Below are positions 52,803 to 61,395 of a stretch of DNA of 64,000 bases, piece after piece; the stretch's first letter is position 1, and every line of letters starts with the position of its first letter. Location: the NCBI GenBank assembly GCA_963736875.1, contig CAVTQH010000002.1, forward strand, positions 133,294-197,293. Direction: 5' to 3'. The translations under genes were made by a program, and so were the position numbers. The DNA comes from Candidatus Amesbacteria bacterium. GTDB lineage: Bacteria > Patescibacteriota > Microgenomatia > CAZETR01 > Amesbacteraceae. Under the pieces are notes generated by a model. It had not been told where the DNA came from and searched no databases. It saw nothing but the letters and a program-made list of their open reading frames with translations.

Positions 52803-53183
52803 ATGCGTCACAGTGTTTTCGGAAAACAGCTCAATCGTGATACCGGACAGCGCCAAGCGTTATTGAAAGGATTGGCAGGGGCTCTTATCCGCTCCGAAGC
52901 AATCGAAACCACCGAAGCCAAAGCCAAAGCCGCTCAGGGTTTGATTGAAAAGCTCATCAACAAAGCCAAAACCGCCTCCCTGACTAACATCCGCCAAATT
53001 GAATCGGTAATTGCGGATAAAGCTCTGGTCCAAAAACTGGTGCAGGAGATTGCCCCCAGGTATAAAAACCGCTCCGGTGGATATCTGAAATTAACTAAAC
53101 TTGGTACCAGGACAGGTGACAATGCCCCGATAGTCAGAATGGAATTAACTGCTCCTCTCCCGAAAGCACCCGCCAAAAAATAA
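52803..53183 (+). CDS. rplQ: 50S ribosomal protein L17
   Basis: 126 aa; L17 sequence. Confidence 0.9.
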   Translation: MRHSVFGKQLNRDTGQRQALLKGLAGALIRSEAIETTEAKAKAAQGLIEKLINKAKTASLTNIRQIESVIADKALVQKLVQEIAPRYKNRSGGYLKLTKLGTRTGDNAPIVRMELTAPLPKAPAKK

Positions 53184-53599
53184 TGAAAACCTTCTCTCCG
53201 AAAGCCTCAGAAATCAAGCGCAATTGGCACTTTTTTGATGCCAAGGATCAGATTCTCGGCCGGTTGGCTACCAAAATTTCCGGAGTTTTAATGGGAAAGT
53301 CAAAAACCAATTTTGTCCGTCACCTGGATATCGGTGATCATGTGGTTGTGGTTAATGCCTCTCACATTGTTGTCACCGGTAATAAATCGCAGCAGAAGCT
53401 ATACCGTCACCACTCCGGATATCCCGGAGGCATGAAAATAACGTCTTTCAGACAAATGTTAAATTCCAAGCCTGAACAAATAATTATTCGCGCGGTATCC
53501 GGCATGCTTCCTAGAAACAAACTCCACGACAGACTGTTAAAACACCTGCATGTATTTTCCGGAGCCGATCATCCGTATATTAAACAGTTTAAATCCTAA
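53183..53599 (+). CDS. rplM: 50S ribosomal protein L13
   Basis: 138 aa; L13 sequence. Confidence 0.9.
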   Translation: MKTFSPKASEIKRNWHFFDAKDQILGRLATKISGVLMGKSKTNFVRHLDIGDHVVVVNASHIVVTGNKSQQKLYRHHSGYPGGMKITSFRQMLNSKPEQIIIRAVSGMLPRNKLHDRLLKHLHVFSGADHPYIKQFKS

Positions 53600-53602
53600 A
53601 AT

Positions 53603-54010
53603 ATGAGCGAATCCAAACCAAAAATTCTTGCTTCTGCAATTGGCCGGAGAAGAGAGGCTATAGCCTCCGTCCGGTTAAATCCCGGTACCGCTGAGGCAAC
53701 TGTCAACGGCAAACCGGTTTCAGTTTATTTTCCCGGGCTGCAGGCCAAAATCCGTTACGAATTTCCCTTTAAAGTATTAAATCTGGAGCATAAATATTCC
53801 TTCTCCGTCAAGGTTCACGGGGGAGGCCAAATGGGACAATTGGAAGCTGTGGTTTTAGGCCTGTCCAGAAGCTTAGCCGATCTCAAAAGCGATTACAAAA
53901 GTCCTCTCCGTCAGGCAGGACTTTTAACCCGCGATCCCCGGACCCGCCAGCGGCGGATGGTGGGCATGGGCGGAAAATCCCGTCGCCGCAAGCAATCCCC
54001 GAAGCGCTGA
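53603..54010 (+). CDS. rpsI: 30S ribosomal protein S9
   Basis: 135 aa; S9 sequence with basic C-terminus. Confidence 0.9.
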   Translation: MSESKPKILASAIGRRREAIASVRLNPGTAEATVNGKPVSVYFPGLQAKIRYEFPFKVLNLEHKYSFSVKVHGGGQMGQLEAVVLGLSRSLADLKSDYKSPLRQAGLLTRDPRTRQRRMVGMGGKSRRRKQSPKR

Positions 54011-54348
54011 TATGCCGGAAAAAGAATTTTTTGGCGTGAGACAAATTCTTATCCACTGGGGAAACAAGAAAAGAAAAATTTGGCTTTTAGACCTTCTTTT
54101 TTATAGAAAACCTGCGGGTGCTATCGTCAAATACTACTTGGCCTAAACCCATTTTTGAAATTAAAATTCCTACTATTCCTATCCCCCCAAACCACAAATG
54201 GTTCTTCTTTTCAAACCTACGTGCCCCATTTACCGTCATAGGCCTTGTGTTTAAACCTTCCGTTAAAAACTCTATCGACTCCTTAACAGACCTTACTTCC
54301 TGGCTACTCATTTGACCAGAATCTATCACACCCTACACTCAATATCAA

Positions 54349-55008
54349 TTATTTCTCCAGTCCCAGTAATCTTGTGGTTGAATAATGTCTTCCGGATTTG
54401 TCCCGTATCAATTGTAGACAACACCAGGATTCCGGTTTTATCATTCGGGCTTTCTTAATTTCCCCGGCCGGATCATCGCTTGTGTAAAGATGGTAGCATC
54501 CGAGGCGCCGGTACATCCCCGTCTTTTTTACCAGCTGATCATAAAATTGAGCCGGATCCCGGCCCTCTCTTTCCGGAATCGGAAAAACCAGCCCCAGTAT
54601 TTCTTCACGTTTTGCCAGTAAACCAACCGCTGATAATCTGGTCATTTGATCAAATTGGGGCTCTCTTCCTTTATTTTTAATATAACTGTCCGGCTCTATC
54701 CCGACGACAATTTTTACATCTTCGGGAAAATAAAATTTCAGTGTGGATATTGTGTTTGTGTGATAACCCAGGTCAAATCCTCCGGACCAATATGCCAGTC
54801 TGCTGCCTTCGGCCAGTAACCGGTCAATATTCTCCCGTACCTGGTCAAAATAAACGGCCTCATTTTCGGTAAGTTCTATCTTTCTGTTAAAGGAAAAAAA
54901 CCAACAATCCAAAAAATATGAATATACACTCTGATAATCCTGTTCCTGCCGTTGATAAATTATCGGAGTTAATTGATCTGAAGATAAGGTTTTCAGTGTT
55001 TCTGTCAC
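54349..55008 (-). CDS. Hypothetical protein with cytidylyltransferase-like (HIGH-superfamily) core and degenerate HxGH (GGFDLGYH)
   Basis: AYWSGGFDLGYH...IVVGIEPDSY resembles the GTFDxxHxGH...VVxxxD pattern of TagD-like nucleotidyltransferases. Weak assignment. Confidence 0.3.
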   Translation of the reverse strand: MTETLKTLSSDQLTPIIYQRQEQDYQSVYSYFLDCWFFSFNRKIELTENEAVYFDQVRENIDRLLAEGSRLAYWSGGFDLGYHTNTISTLKFYFPEDVKIVVGIEPDSYIKNKGREPQFDQMTRLSAVGLLAKREEILGLVFPIPEREGRDPAQFYDQLVKKTGMYRRLGCYHLYTSDDPAGEIKKARMIKPESWCCLQLIRDKSGRHYSTTRLLGLEK

Positions 55009-55072
55009 AGGTTAGTCATTCTAAAACTCTCCGCCTCAAAATTCTACTCCTCATACCGTCAAACAACTTCTG

Positions 55073-55143
55073 TCGGGGCGCGGGGAATTGAACCCCGTCC
55101 ACACGCACCCCATGCGCGTATTCTACCGTCAAACTCCGCCCCG
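55073..55143 (-). tRNA. tRNA-Pro (anticodon GGG), 71 nt, CCA not encoded
   Basis: Hand-folded cloverleaf on the minus strand: acceptor CGGGGCG/CGCCCCG, D stem GTTT/GAAT (two G-U pairs), anticodon stem CGCGC/GCGTG with loop AUGGGGU, variable loop 4 nt, T arm CGGGG-TTCAATT-CCCCG, discriminator A. Position 8 is G, which is atypical. Confidence 0.55.
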
Positions 55144-55201
55144 AAAAAATACAGAGTGGTATTTGACGGTTAGCTTTAGCGCTCCGTCAAACTCCGCCCC
55201 G
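55144..55201 (-). repeat. Partial duplicate of the tRNA-Pro 5' half (CGGGGCGGAGTTTGACGG) forming a hairpin with CCGTCAAATACC, followed by T6, immediately upstream of the tRNA. A degenerate third copy (GTTTGACGGTA) lies downstream at 55045-55072.
   Basis: ccgtcaaactccgcccc occurs exactly twice (55127-55143 and 55184-55200); a related ccgtcaaacaacttc lies at 55056-55070. Confidence 0.5.
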
Positions 55202-55242
55202 GATCATTGTATTTTACCCCATTAGAAGCTAATATTTAAGTC

Positions 55243-56100
55243 ATGATTGCCACTTTTAAGGAAACCATCACCAGTTTACAGGACAATAAATATGGTCAGA
55301 CGATAATCGCCAAACCCTTAAAGCAGGTCTTTTGGTACTTTATTAAGTATTTGCTTCTCATCTCTGTATTCCCGTTGGTAATCGGTATATTTCTTCTGAC
55401 CCGCTATCTTCCCCAAATCCCGAAAATAATTGTCGACAGTTTTCCGGATGGATTTGTTCAGATCAAAGATAAAAAGCTTTATTCGACCATCAGCCAGCCT
55501 TACAAAGCAGGCGATTCCGAATTCTTGTTAATTTTAAATCTTGAGAGTAATCCGGCAGATCTGAACGAAGTAAAAAGCGGCATCCTTTTTCTGAAAGACA
55601 AAATGGTTGTCAAAACCGAAGCAGGGGATATTCAGACTCAGACTTACGATAATATTCCCGACTTTTCCGTGGACAAATACCAGCTCTCCGGCTGGATATC
55701 CCAAAACCGGATTAAATTATGGATTGCAGGTCTGATAGTGACTCTGTTGGCAGTCCTTATGGGAACGGTCTTTACCGGAATTTTCTGGATTATCCGTCTG
55801 GCTTTCGGGGCTGTGATTTTCTGGCTTGTCGGGAAATTTGCTTTCAAAAAGACAGTTACTTACCTGCAGTCTTTCAATATTGCCATTTACGCATCCGTTT
55901 TACCTTTGCTTATCTCTTTTATTCTTTCACTTTCCCAAAACGGTATTCTTGGCTATTTCGGTTTGTTTTTGTTTTTCTTTTTCGGTATTTCCTGGATCAG
56001 GAATCTGCCGGGAAAGGAAACTCTCCTGTTTATCCGCCCGAAGTTCAGCATATCCCCGCCCCCAAAAAGTCCCGCAAAACCAAACGCCGCTCTTAATTGA
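55243..56100 (+). CDS. Hypothetical polytopic membrane protein
   Basis: 285 aa; several TM segments; Pro/Lys-rich C-terminus. Confidence 0.45.
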   Translation: MIATFKETITSLQDNKYGQTIIAKPLKQVFWYFIKYLLLISVFPLVIGIFLLTRYLPQIPKIIVDSFPDGFVQIKDKKLYSTISQPYKAGDSEFLLILNLESNPADLNEVKSGILFLKDKMVVKTEAGDIQTQTYDNIPDFSVDKYQLSGWISQNRIKLWIAGLIVTLLAVLMGTVFTGIFWIIRLAFGAVIFWLVGKFAFKKTVTYLQSFNIAIYASVLPLLISFILSLSQNGILGYFGLFLFFFFGISWIRNLPGKETLLFIRPKFSISPPPKSPAKPNAALN

Positions 56101-56130
56101 AGTTCCAACATCGTTCCAAACCCTCACCAC
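56100..56130 (+). repeat. Left boundary repeat of the low-GC island (AAGTTCCAACATCGTTCCAAACCCTCACCAC), starting at the stop codon of the upstream gene
   Basis: Matches 58106-58136 at about 27 of 31 positions, with a perfect 13-mer AAGTTCCAACATC. Confidence 0.6.
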
Positions 56131-56153
56131 GGTAATAACCTCAAATTAAACTT

Positions 56154-57005
56154 TTGTATAATTGCCTTATGAAAGAAGGTGAAAAGACTCCTTATGCTGA
56201 ATTAGATTCTGTTCTTGGCAACCATGCAAAAAAAATGCAGGAAGTATTGAATAAAAATTTTATTGGCTATTATTTGCAAGGGTCTTTGGCATTTGGTGAT
56301 TTTGATTTGACTAGCGATGTAGATTTTATTGTTGCTACAAACGAGGAGCTGTCAAATGAACAAGTTAAAAATGTTCAGAAAGTTCATCTTGATACCTATA
56401 ATCAGAATAATAGATGGGTTAAACGTCTAGAATACTCTTTTTTCCCGCAATATATATTGAAAGAACATTCATCACCTTACATTAACGGTAAAAGTAATAA
56501 TTCTTCAGAAAGAGAACTTTGGTATTTCAATAATGGAAGTGTAAGCATTGAAAGATCTGACCACTGCAACACTCTTGTAACACGATGGACTGTTCGTGAG
56601 ATGGGGATTACCATAATAGGGCCTGATCCAAAAATTCTGGTTAGCCCTATAGAATCAAACGAACTTCGTAAAGAGATTAAAGACACCATGATTGGGTGGG
56701 GAAAAGAATTATTAAATAATCCCGATCCTTATAAAAACCGATTTTACCAATCTTATCTGGTATTAAATTATCTACGAATGCTTCACAACTTACACGAAGG
56801 GAAAATTAGCTCAAAATATAAGGGATTAGTTTGGGCAAAATCCAATTTGGATCCCATATGGATCGACCTGATGGATTATTGCTGGAAAGAACGTCAGGAT
56901 ACTTCAATATCCGTAAAACAACCTGCAAACCCGGAAATATTTGAAAAATCACTGGAATTTGTTAAATACATTATTGATCAGGGAATAGAATATATAATCA
57001 ATTAA
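56154..57005 (+). CDS. ANT(3'')/ANT(9)-like nucleotidyltransferase (pol-beta NTase domain plus DUF4111-type C-terminal domain), low GC
   Basis: GSLAFGDFDLTSDVDFIV NTase motif; about 280 aa two-domain layout as in AadA/Lnu(B)-type enzymes; about 33 % GC. Confidence 0.6.
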   Translation: MYNCLMKEGEKTPYAELDSVLGNHAKKMQEVLNKNFIGYYLQGSLAFGDFDLTSDVDFIVATNEELSNEQVKNVQKVHLDTYNQNNRWVKRLEYSFFPQYILKEHSSPYINGKSNNSSERELWYFNNGSVSIERSDHCNTLVTRWTVREMGITIIGPDPKILVSPIESNELRKEIKDTMIGWGKELLNNPDPYKNRFYQSYLVLNYLRMLHNLHEGKISSKYKGLVWAKSNLDPIWIDLMDYCWKERQDTSISVKQPANPEIFEKSLEFVKYIIDQGIEYIIN

Positions 57006-57064
57006 TTTCAGTAATAATTTTTATTAAAATAGGTTTAAACATCCTCCCAAATCCTCATCAAAAT

Positions 57065-57655
57065 ATGAATAAACAAATCATCATTATTGGTGGTGGTAAT
57101 AGTTTTCTCACTTATGCGGATTATATTAACCACCTAAAAAATTCTGAGGTTAGTTTGGATAAGTTCAAACCAAATAAGGACTGGAAAGACAACTTATCCG
57201 AAAAGCTCGGAAAGAATTATGAAATCTTTCTGCCAAAAATGCCTAATAAGACAAATGCACGTTACAAGGAGTGGAAAATTTGGTTTGAAAGAATATTTCC
57301 TTACATAAAGGACAATGTCATTCTTATTGGACATTCTCTGGGTGGAATATTTTTAGCGAAATATCTTTCTGAAAATTCTTTTCCAAATCCAATTAAGGCA
57401 ACCATCCTTGTGGCCGCACCCTATGCAAAAGATTACCTGGATGATTTTAAATTACCTCCTTCACTTACAAAATTTATTAAACAAGGCGGAACCATTTACT
57501 TGATTCAAAGCAAAGATGATCCTGTGGTTTCATATGAACATATAGAAAAATATAAAAAAGCATTACCTAACGCAAAAACATTGGTCTTTAAAAATAAAGG
57601 ACATTTTAACCAAGAAACCTTTCCGGAAATTGTTAAATTGATTAAAGTGTTATAA
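57065..57655 (+). CDS. Alpha/beta-hydrolase, RBBP9/YdeN-like serine hydrolase
   Basis: GHSLGG nucleophile elbow; 196 aa; low GC. Confidence 0.6.
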   Translation: MNKQIIIIGGGNSFLTYADYINHLKNSEVSLDKFKPNKDWKDNLSEKLGKNYEIFLPKMPNKTNARYKEWKIWFERIFPYIKDNVILIGHSLGGIFLAKYLSENSFPNPIKATILVAAPYAKDYLDDFKLPPSLTKFIKQGGTIYLIQSKDDPVVSYEHIEKYKKALPNAKTLVFKNKGHFNQETFPEIVKLIKVL

Positions 57656-57696
57656 GGACAACTGAGTACTAGACCAAACTGCTCAGCAGGCAAAAT

Positions 57697-58104
57697 ATGA
57701 AAGTATTTATTACAGCGTCCTTTAAAGAAGGAAAAAATAAAGATGAAATAGAACGTTTATGTTTGATTGTTAAAAACTCCGGTTTTTCAGATTTCTGTTT
57801 CATTAGGGATGTGGAAAATTACCAAAAAGTCTTTAATGACTCCAAAGAACTTATGGAAAGAGCCAGAGTAGAAATAGAAAAATGCGATGTTTTACTATTT
57901 GACGCTACAGAAAAATCCACAGGTAGGGCAATTGAAGTTGGAATTGCGTATTCTTTGCGAAAGAAAATAATCGTGATCATGAAGAAGGAACGAGTAATTA
58001 AGGACACTTTACAAGGCGTGGCTGATGCAATTATTGAATACAGGGAAATCGAAGATATTCAAGTTATGCTGGAAAAATTATTTATTAAGTGGAAAAGTCG
58101 GTAA
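57697..58104 (+). CDS. Nucleoside 2-deoxyribosyltransferase-like (NDT/SLOG-fold) small protein
   Basis: CDVLLFDATEKSTGRAIEVGIAY matches the NDT-like motif with the catalytic Glu; 135 aa; low GC. Confidence 0.5.
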   Translation: MKVFITASFKEGKNKDEIERLCLIVKNSGFSDFCFIRDVENYQKVFNDSKELMERARVEIEKCDVLLFDATEKSTGRAIEVGIAYSLRKKIIVIMKKERVIKDTLQGVADAIIEYREIEDIQVMLEKLFIKWKSR

Positions 58105-58105
58105 T

Positions 58106-58136
58106 AAGTTCCAACATCATCCCAAACCCCCAGCAG
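58106..58136 (+). repeat. Right boundary repeat of the low-GC island (AAGTTCCAACATCATCCCAAACCCCCAGCAG), starting at the stop codon of the last island gene, upstream of recA
   Basis: See 56100-56130. Confidence 0.6.
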
Positions 58137-58188
58137 GATATTCTTTCTCTTGATTTTTTTTCTTTAGTCTGTATATTGGGGATTGTCT

Positions 58189-59229
58189 ATGGCAACAGAT
58201 CACAAACTGCAGGCAATCAAAGTGGCAATGGAGCAGATCGAAAAGCAATTCGGTAAAGGTTCCATTATGAAGATGGGTGAAAGAGGTGACAAAATGTCGG
58301 TCGACGTGATTTCCACGGGTTCGATTGCTTTGGATATAGCTTTGGGTGTCAGAGGTCTTCCCCGCGGCCGGATAACCGAAATATACGGGCCGGAAGCTTC
58401 CGGAAAAACCACCATTGCCCTTCACTGTGTGGCTGAAGCCCAGAAGGCGGGTGGAACAGCGGCCTTTATTGACGCCGAACATGCTCTGGATCCCAGCCGG
58501 GCGGAAGCTATCGGTGTGGATTTGGATAATCTTTACATTTCCCAGCCGGACACCGGTGAACAGGCGCTGGAAATTGTTGAGACTCTGATCCGTTCGGGCG
58601 CAATCGATGTCATTGTTATCGATTCGGTCGCTGCCCTGGTTCCCCGGGCGGAAATAGAAGGTGAAATGGGTGACTCGGTCATGGGAGTCCAGGCCAGGCT
58701 TATGTCCCAGGCTCTGAGAAAAATCACCGGGGCAATTTCCAAAAGCCGGGCCGTCGTCATATTTACGAACCAGCTTCGGATGAAAATCGGTGTGATGTTC
58801 GGAAATCCCGAGACTACTACCGGCGGTATGGCGCTAAAGTTCTATTCATCCATCCGTATTGATACCCGGAAAATCGAGACAATCAAAGACGGTGATTTGG
58901 TCATCGGTTCCCGTCACCGCGCCCGGGTGGTCAAAAACAAAGTCGCCCCGCCTTTCCGGGTGGCTGAATTTGATATTCTTAACGACGGAGGTATTTCCAG
59001 AGTGGGAGGATTGATCGATGTCGGCCTGGAGCTGGGAGCGCTTAACAAAAAAGGTTCATTCATTTATTTCGGGGATTCAATTATCGGGCAGGGCAGGGAG
59101 GCAGCCAGGGCTTTTCTTAAAGAAAATCATAAAACAGCCAAACAGATCGAAGATGCCATATGGAAAATCACCAAAGACACCAAACACCCCCTGCCCAAAC
59201 AGGTAGGCGAAGCCGAGCCGGAAGAATAG
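58189..59229 (+). CDS. recA: Recombinase RecA (start at MATDHK; upstream Met at 58183 also possible)
   Basis: GPEASGKTT Walker A and full RecA sequence. Confidence 0.95.
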   Translation: MATDHKLQAIKVAMEQIEKQFGKGSIMKMGERGDKMSVDVISTGSIALDIALGVRGLPRGRITEIYGPEASGKTTIALHCVAEAQKAGGTAAFIDAEHALDPSRAEAIGVDLDNLYISQPDTGEQALEIVETLIRSGAIDVIVIDSVAALVPRAEIEGEMGDSVMGVQARLMSQALRKITGAISKSRAVVIFTNQLRMKIGVMFGNPETTTGGMALKFYSSIRIDTRKIETIKDGDLVIGSRHRARVVKNKVAPPFRVAEFDILNDGGISRVGGLIDVGLELGALNKKGSFIYFGDSIIGQGREAARAFLKENHKTAKQIEDAIWKITKDTKHPLPKQVGEAEPEE

Positions 59230-59231
59230 AT

Positions 59232-59678
59232 TTGGAAAAAGATCTTTTAAACTCCTGCTTTCGCCTTCTTTCCGTCAGGCCCCGAAGCCGGCAGGAAATT
59301 CACCGTCACCTGCAAAAGTACACTTCCGACCAGACTTTAATTAATCAAATTATCGGTAAACTGATTGATTTAGGATACGTCGATGATCATAAATTTGCTT
59401 TATGGCTTATTCAGTCCCGTTCCCGGACCCGTCCTAGGGGCAAACGCCTCCTTCTTCAGGAATTAAAATCAAAGGGTATCGGGGCGGACGAACCCGTAAG
59501 GATCAACGAAGCGGAACTGGCCGAAAAAGCTCTTGAGAAAAAACTCCCTCGCTGGGCCGGGCTGGCATACCGGGATTTCCGGATCAAAGCCACACGCTTT
59601 CTTTACTCCCGCGGCTTCTCCTGGGATGTCATTGAGCCGGTTTTGAAGAAGGCGTATAATAGCTGCAATGTTAGTTAA
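59232..59678 (+). CDS. recX: RecA regulator RecX (probable TTG start just after the recA stop; an upstream ATG at 59160 would overlap recA by 70 nt)
   Basis: Three-helix repeat RecX-like sequence. GGAAGA sits 6 nt upstream of the TTG. Confidence 0.7.
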   Translation: MEKDLLNSCFRLLSVRPRSRQEIHRHLQKYTSDQTLINQIIGKLIDLGYVDDHKFALWLIQSRSRTRPRGKRLLLQELKSKGIGADEPVRINEAELAEKALEKKLPRWAGLAYRDFRIKATRFLYSRGFSWDVIEPVLKKAYNSCNVS

Positions 59679-59707
59679 ATTATTAATTTACCGGCTCTTT
59701 TTCGACT

Positions 59708-61000
59708 ATGGGATTTTATTCGCCCCCGAATCAAAAGTCTTCTCCCTCCAAACCTGATACCGCAGAGGAAGTGTTGACGGAAATCACAGCCCGGCTTGAC
59801 CAGCTTGAGCAGGAAAAGTCTAATCTTCAGAAATTAAAAGATGATTATCTTACCCGTCTGGAAAAAGCTTCGGGATTGGGAAGGGAAGAAGCCAAAAAGA
59901 TTTTGCTGGAGGAAGCCCAGAAATATTACTCCGCGGATCTGGCCAAATTTATCGAGCAAACCCGGCAGGACTATCAGGCCAGGGCAAATGAACTGGCTCA
60001 GGAAATAATCATCTCCGCCATGTTGCACGGAGCCACTGACTACACGGCTGAATATACCGTTTCCACCATTACCCTGCCCGACGACAGTGTCAAGGGCAGC
60101 ATCATCGGTAAAGAAGGTCGTAATATTGCCGCTTTTGAAAAAGCCACCGGGGTGGAGATTGAGATTGAAGAGGGAAACAGTCTGAGGCTTTCCTCATTCG
60201 ACTCGCTGCGGCGTGAAGTGGCCAGAAGAAGTCTGGAGTTTTTAATCAAAGACGGCCGGATTCAGCCCAGCCGGATTGAAGAAGTCGTATCTCAGACTAA
60301 ACACCAGCTGGACGCTTACCTGATAGAGGAAGGCAGGAAAATCTGTGCCGCCTGCGGAGTTTATAATCTTCATCCGGAATTGATTTCTCTGATAGGCCGC
60401 TACAGGTTCAGATTTTCATATGGCCAGAACCTGGGTATCCATACCATTGAAGAAACAAAAATCGGGGTTCAGATTGCCCACGAACTCGGACTTTCCGATG
60501 AACAGATTCAGTTAATCAGATTGGGCTGTCTGCTTCATGATATCGGCAAAGTTGTCACCGATGAAGAGGGGACTCATGTTCAGCTGGGGGCTCAGCTGCT
60601 GAAAAAATATGATCTGCCGGAGCCGGTAATCAACGCCGTCGCGGAACATCATGAAGACAAACCTTTTTCTTCAAACACCTCCCGGATTGTCTGGGTGGCC
60701 GATGCCATTTCCGGATCCCGTCCTGGAGCCCGTTATGAACCTCATGAAACATATGTAAAACGCCTTCAGCAGATAGAAGAATTATCGAGGTCTTTTCCGG
60801 GAGTGGCTGAAGTGTATGCATTTCAGGCAGGCCGTGACGTCAGAATTATTGTCAAACCGGAAATGGTTTCAGATTCCGAACTGACCATTCTTGTTTCCAA
60901 AATTAAACAGCTTCTGGAAAAACAGGCGCAATACGTCGGCCAGATTAAAATCACCGCTGTTCGCGAAGTCCGTACCACTGATATCACCAAAGCTAAATAA
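59708..61000 (+). CDS. rny: Ribonuclease Y-like (coiled coil, KH, HD) without the N-terminal TM anchor
   Basis: KH GSIIGKEGRNI; HD LGCLLHDIGK ... HH; 430 aa. Confidence 0.8.
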   Translation: MGFYSPPNQKSSPSKPDTAEEVLTEITARLDQLEQEKSNLQKLKDDYLTRLEKASGLGREEAKKILLEEAQKYYSADLAKFIEQTRQDYQARANELAQEIIISAMLHGATDYTAEYTVSTITLPDDSVKGSIIGKEGRNIAAFEKATGVEIEIEEGNSLRLSSFDSLRREVARRSLEFLIKDGRIQPSRIEEVVSQTKHQLDAYLIEEGRKICAACGVYNLHPELISLIGRYRFRFSYGQNLGIHTIEETKIGVQIAHELGLSDEQIQLIRLGCLLHDIGKVVTDEEGTHVQLGAQLLKKYDLPEPVINAVAEHHEDKPFSSNTSRIVWVADAISGSRPGARYEPHETYVKRLQQIEELSRSFPGVAEVYAFQAGRDVRIIVKPEMVSDSELTILVSKIKQLLEKQAQYVGQIKITAVREVRTTDITKAK

Positions 61001-61087
61001 TCAAGATAGTTCTTGACAATCCTGTTAAGGTGTAATATTTTGGGCTTACACATGGAATTTTTATTTAGGGAAGGGGGGTGAAAGTTA

Positions 61088-61360
61088 GTGACTAAGCAAC
61101 AAATGTTCGAGGTGGTAGCCAAAAAAGCTCATCTCACCAAAAAAGCTGCCCGGGAAGCAGTCGAAACTCTTCTTGAAGAGGTAAAGAAATCCCTTGCCAA
61201 AGGAGAAAAAGTAGTTCTTTCCGGATTCGGCACATTTAAAGTTACCCGGGTTAAAGACAAACCCGTGATAGTTCCCAGAACCAAAGAGAGAAAAATCGTC
61301 AAAGGCCATCGGGTAGCGCGTTTTACTCCCGGTAAAACCCTGAAAAAAGCGGTTAAGTAA
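61088..61360 (+). CDS. hup: Nucleoid-associated DNA-binding protein HU
   Basis: 90 aa; GFGTFKV and RNP arm. Confidence 0.9.
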   Translation: MTKQQMFEVVAKKAHLTKKAAREAVETLLEEVKKSLAKGEKVVLSGFGTFKVTRVKDKPVIVPRTKERKIVKGHRVARFTPGKTLKKAVK

Positions 61361-61395
61361 ATAAAATTTTTTTAAATTCCGTTCGTTTTCTTCGT

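Noticed and set aside
54087-54329. 80-aa minus-strand ORF with one hydrophobic segment in the AT-rich spacer after rpsI (and the overlapping 54118..54315 plus-strand ORF)
   Set aside because: No RBS or conservation cues, AT-rich and low complexity, and a mutually overlapping pair. Left unannotated. The 340-bp spacer may instead hold regulatory or ncRNA sequence, but I could not recognise SRP, RNase P or 6S signatures.
56100-58136. Interpretation of the island repeats as integron attC sites (cassette array)
   Set aside because: The elements are direct repeats without the imperfect inverted-repeat (R''-L''...L'-R') structure or GTTRRRY core of attC. No intI is present in the window.
59160-59229. 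recX start at the upstream ATG (59160), overlapping recA by 70 nt
   Set aside because: The long overlap is unlikely. A TTG with a GGAAGA spacer immediately after the recA stop gives a RecX of normal length.
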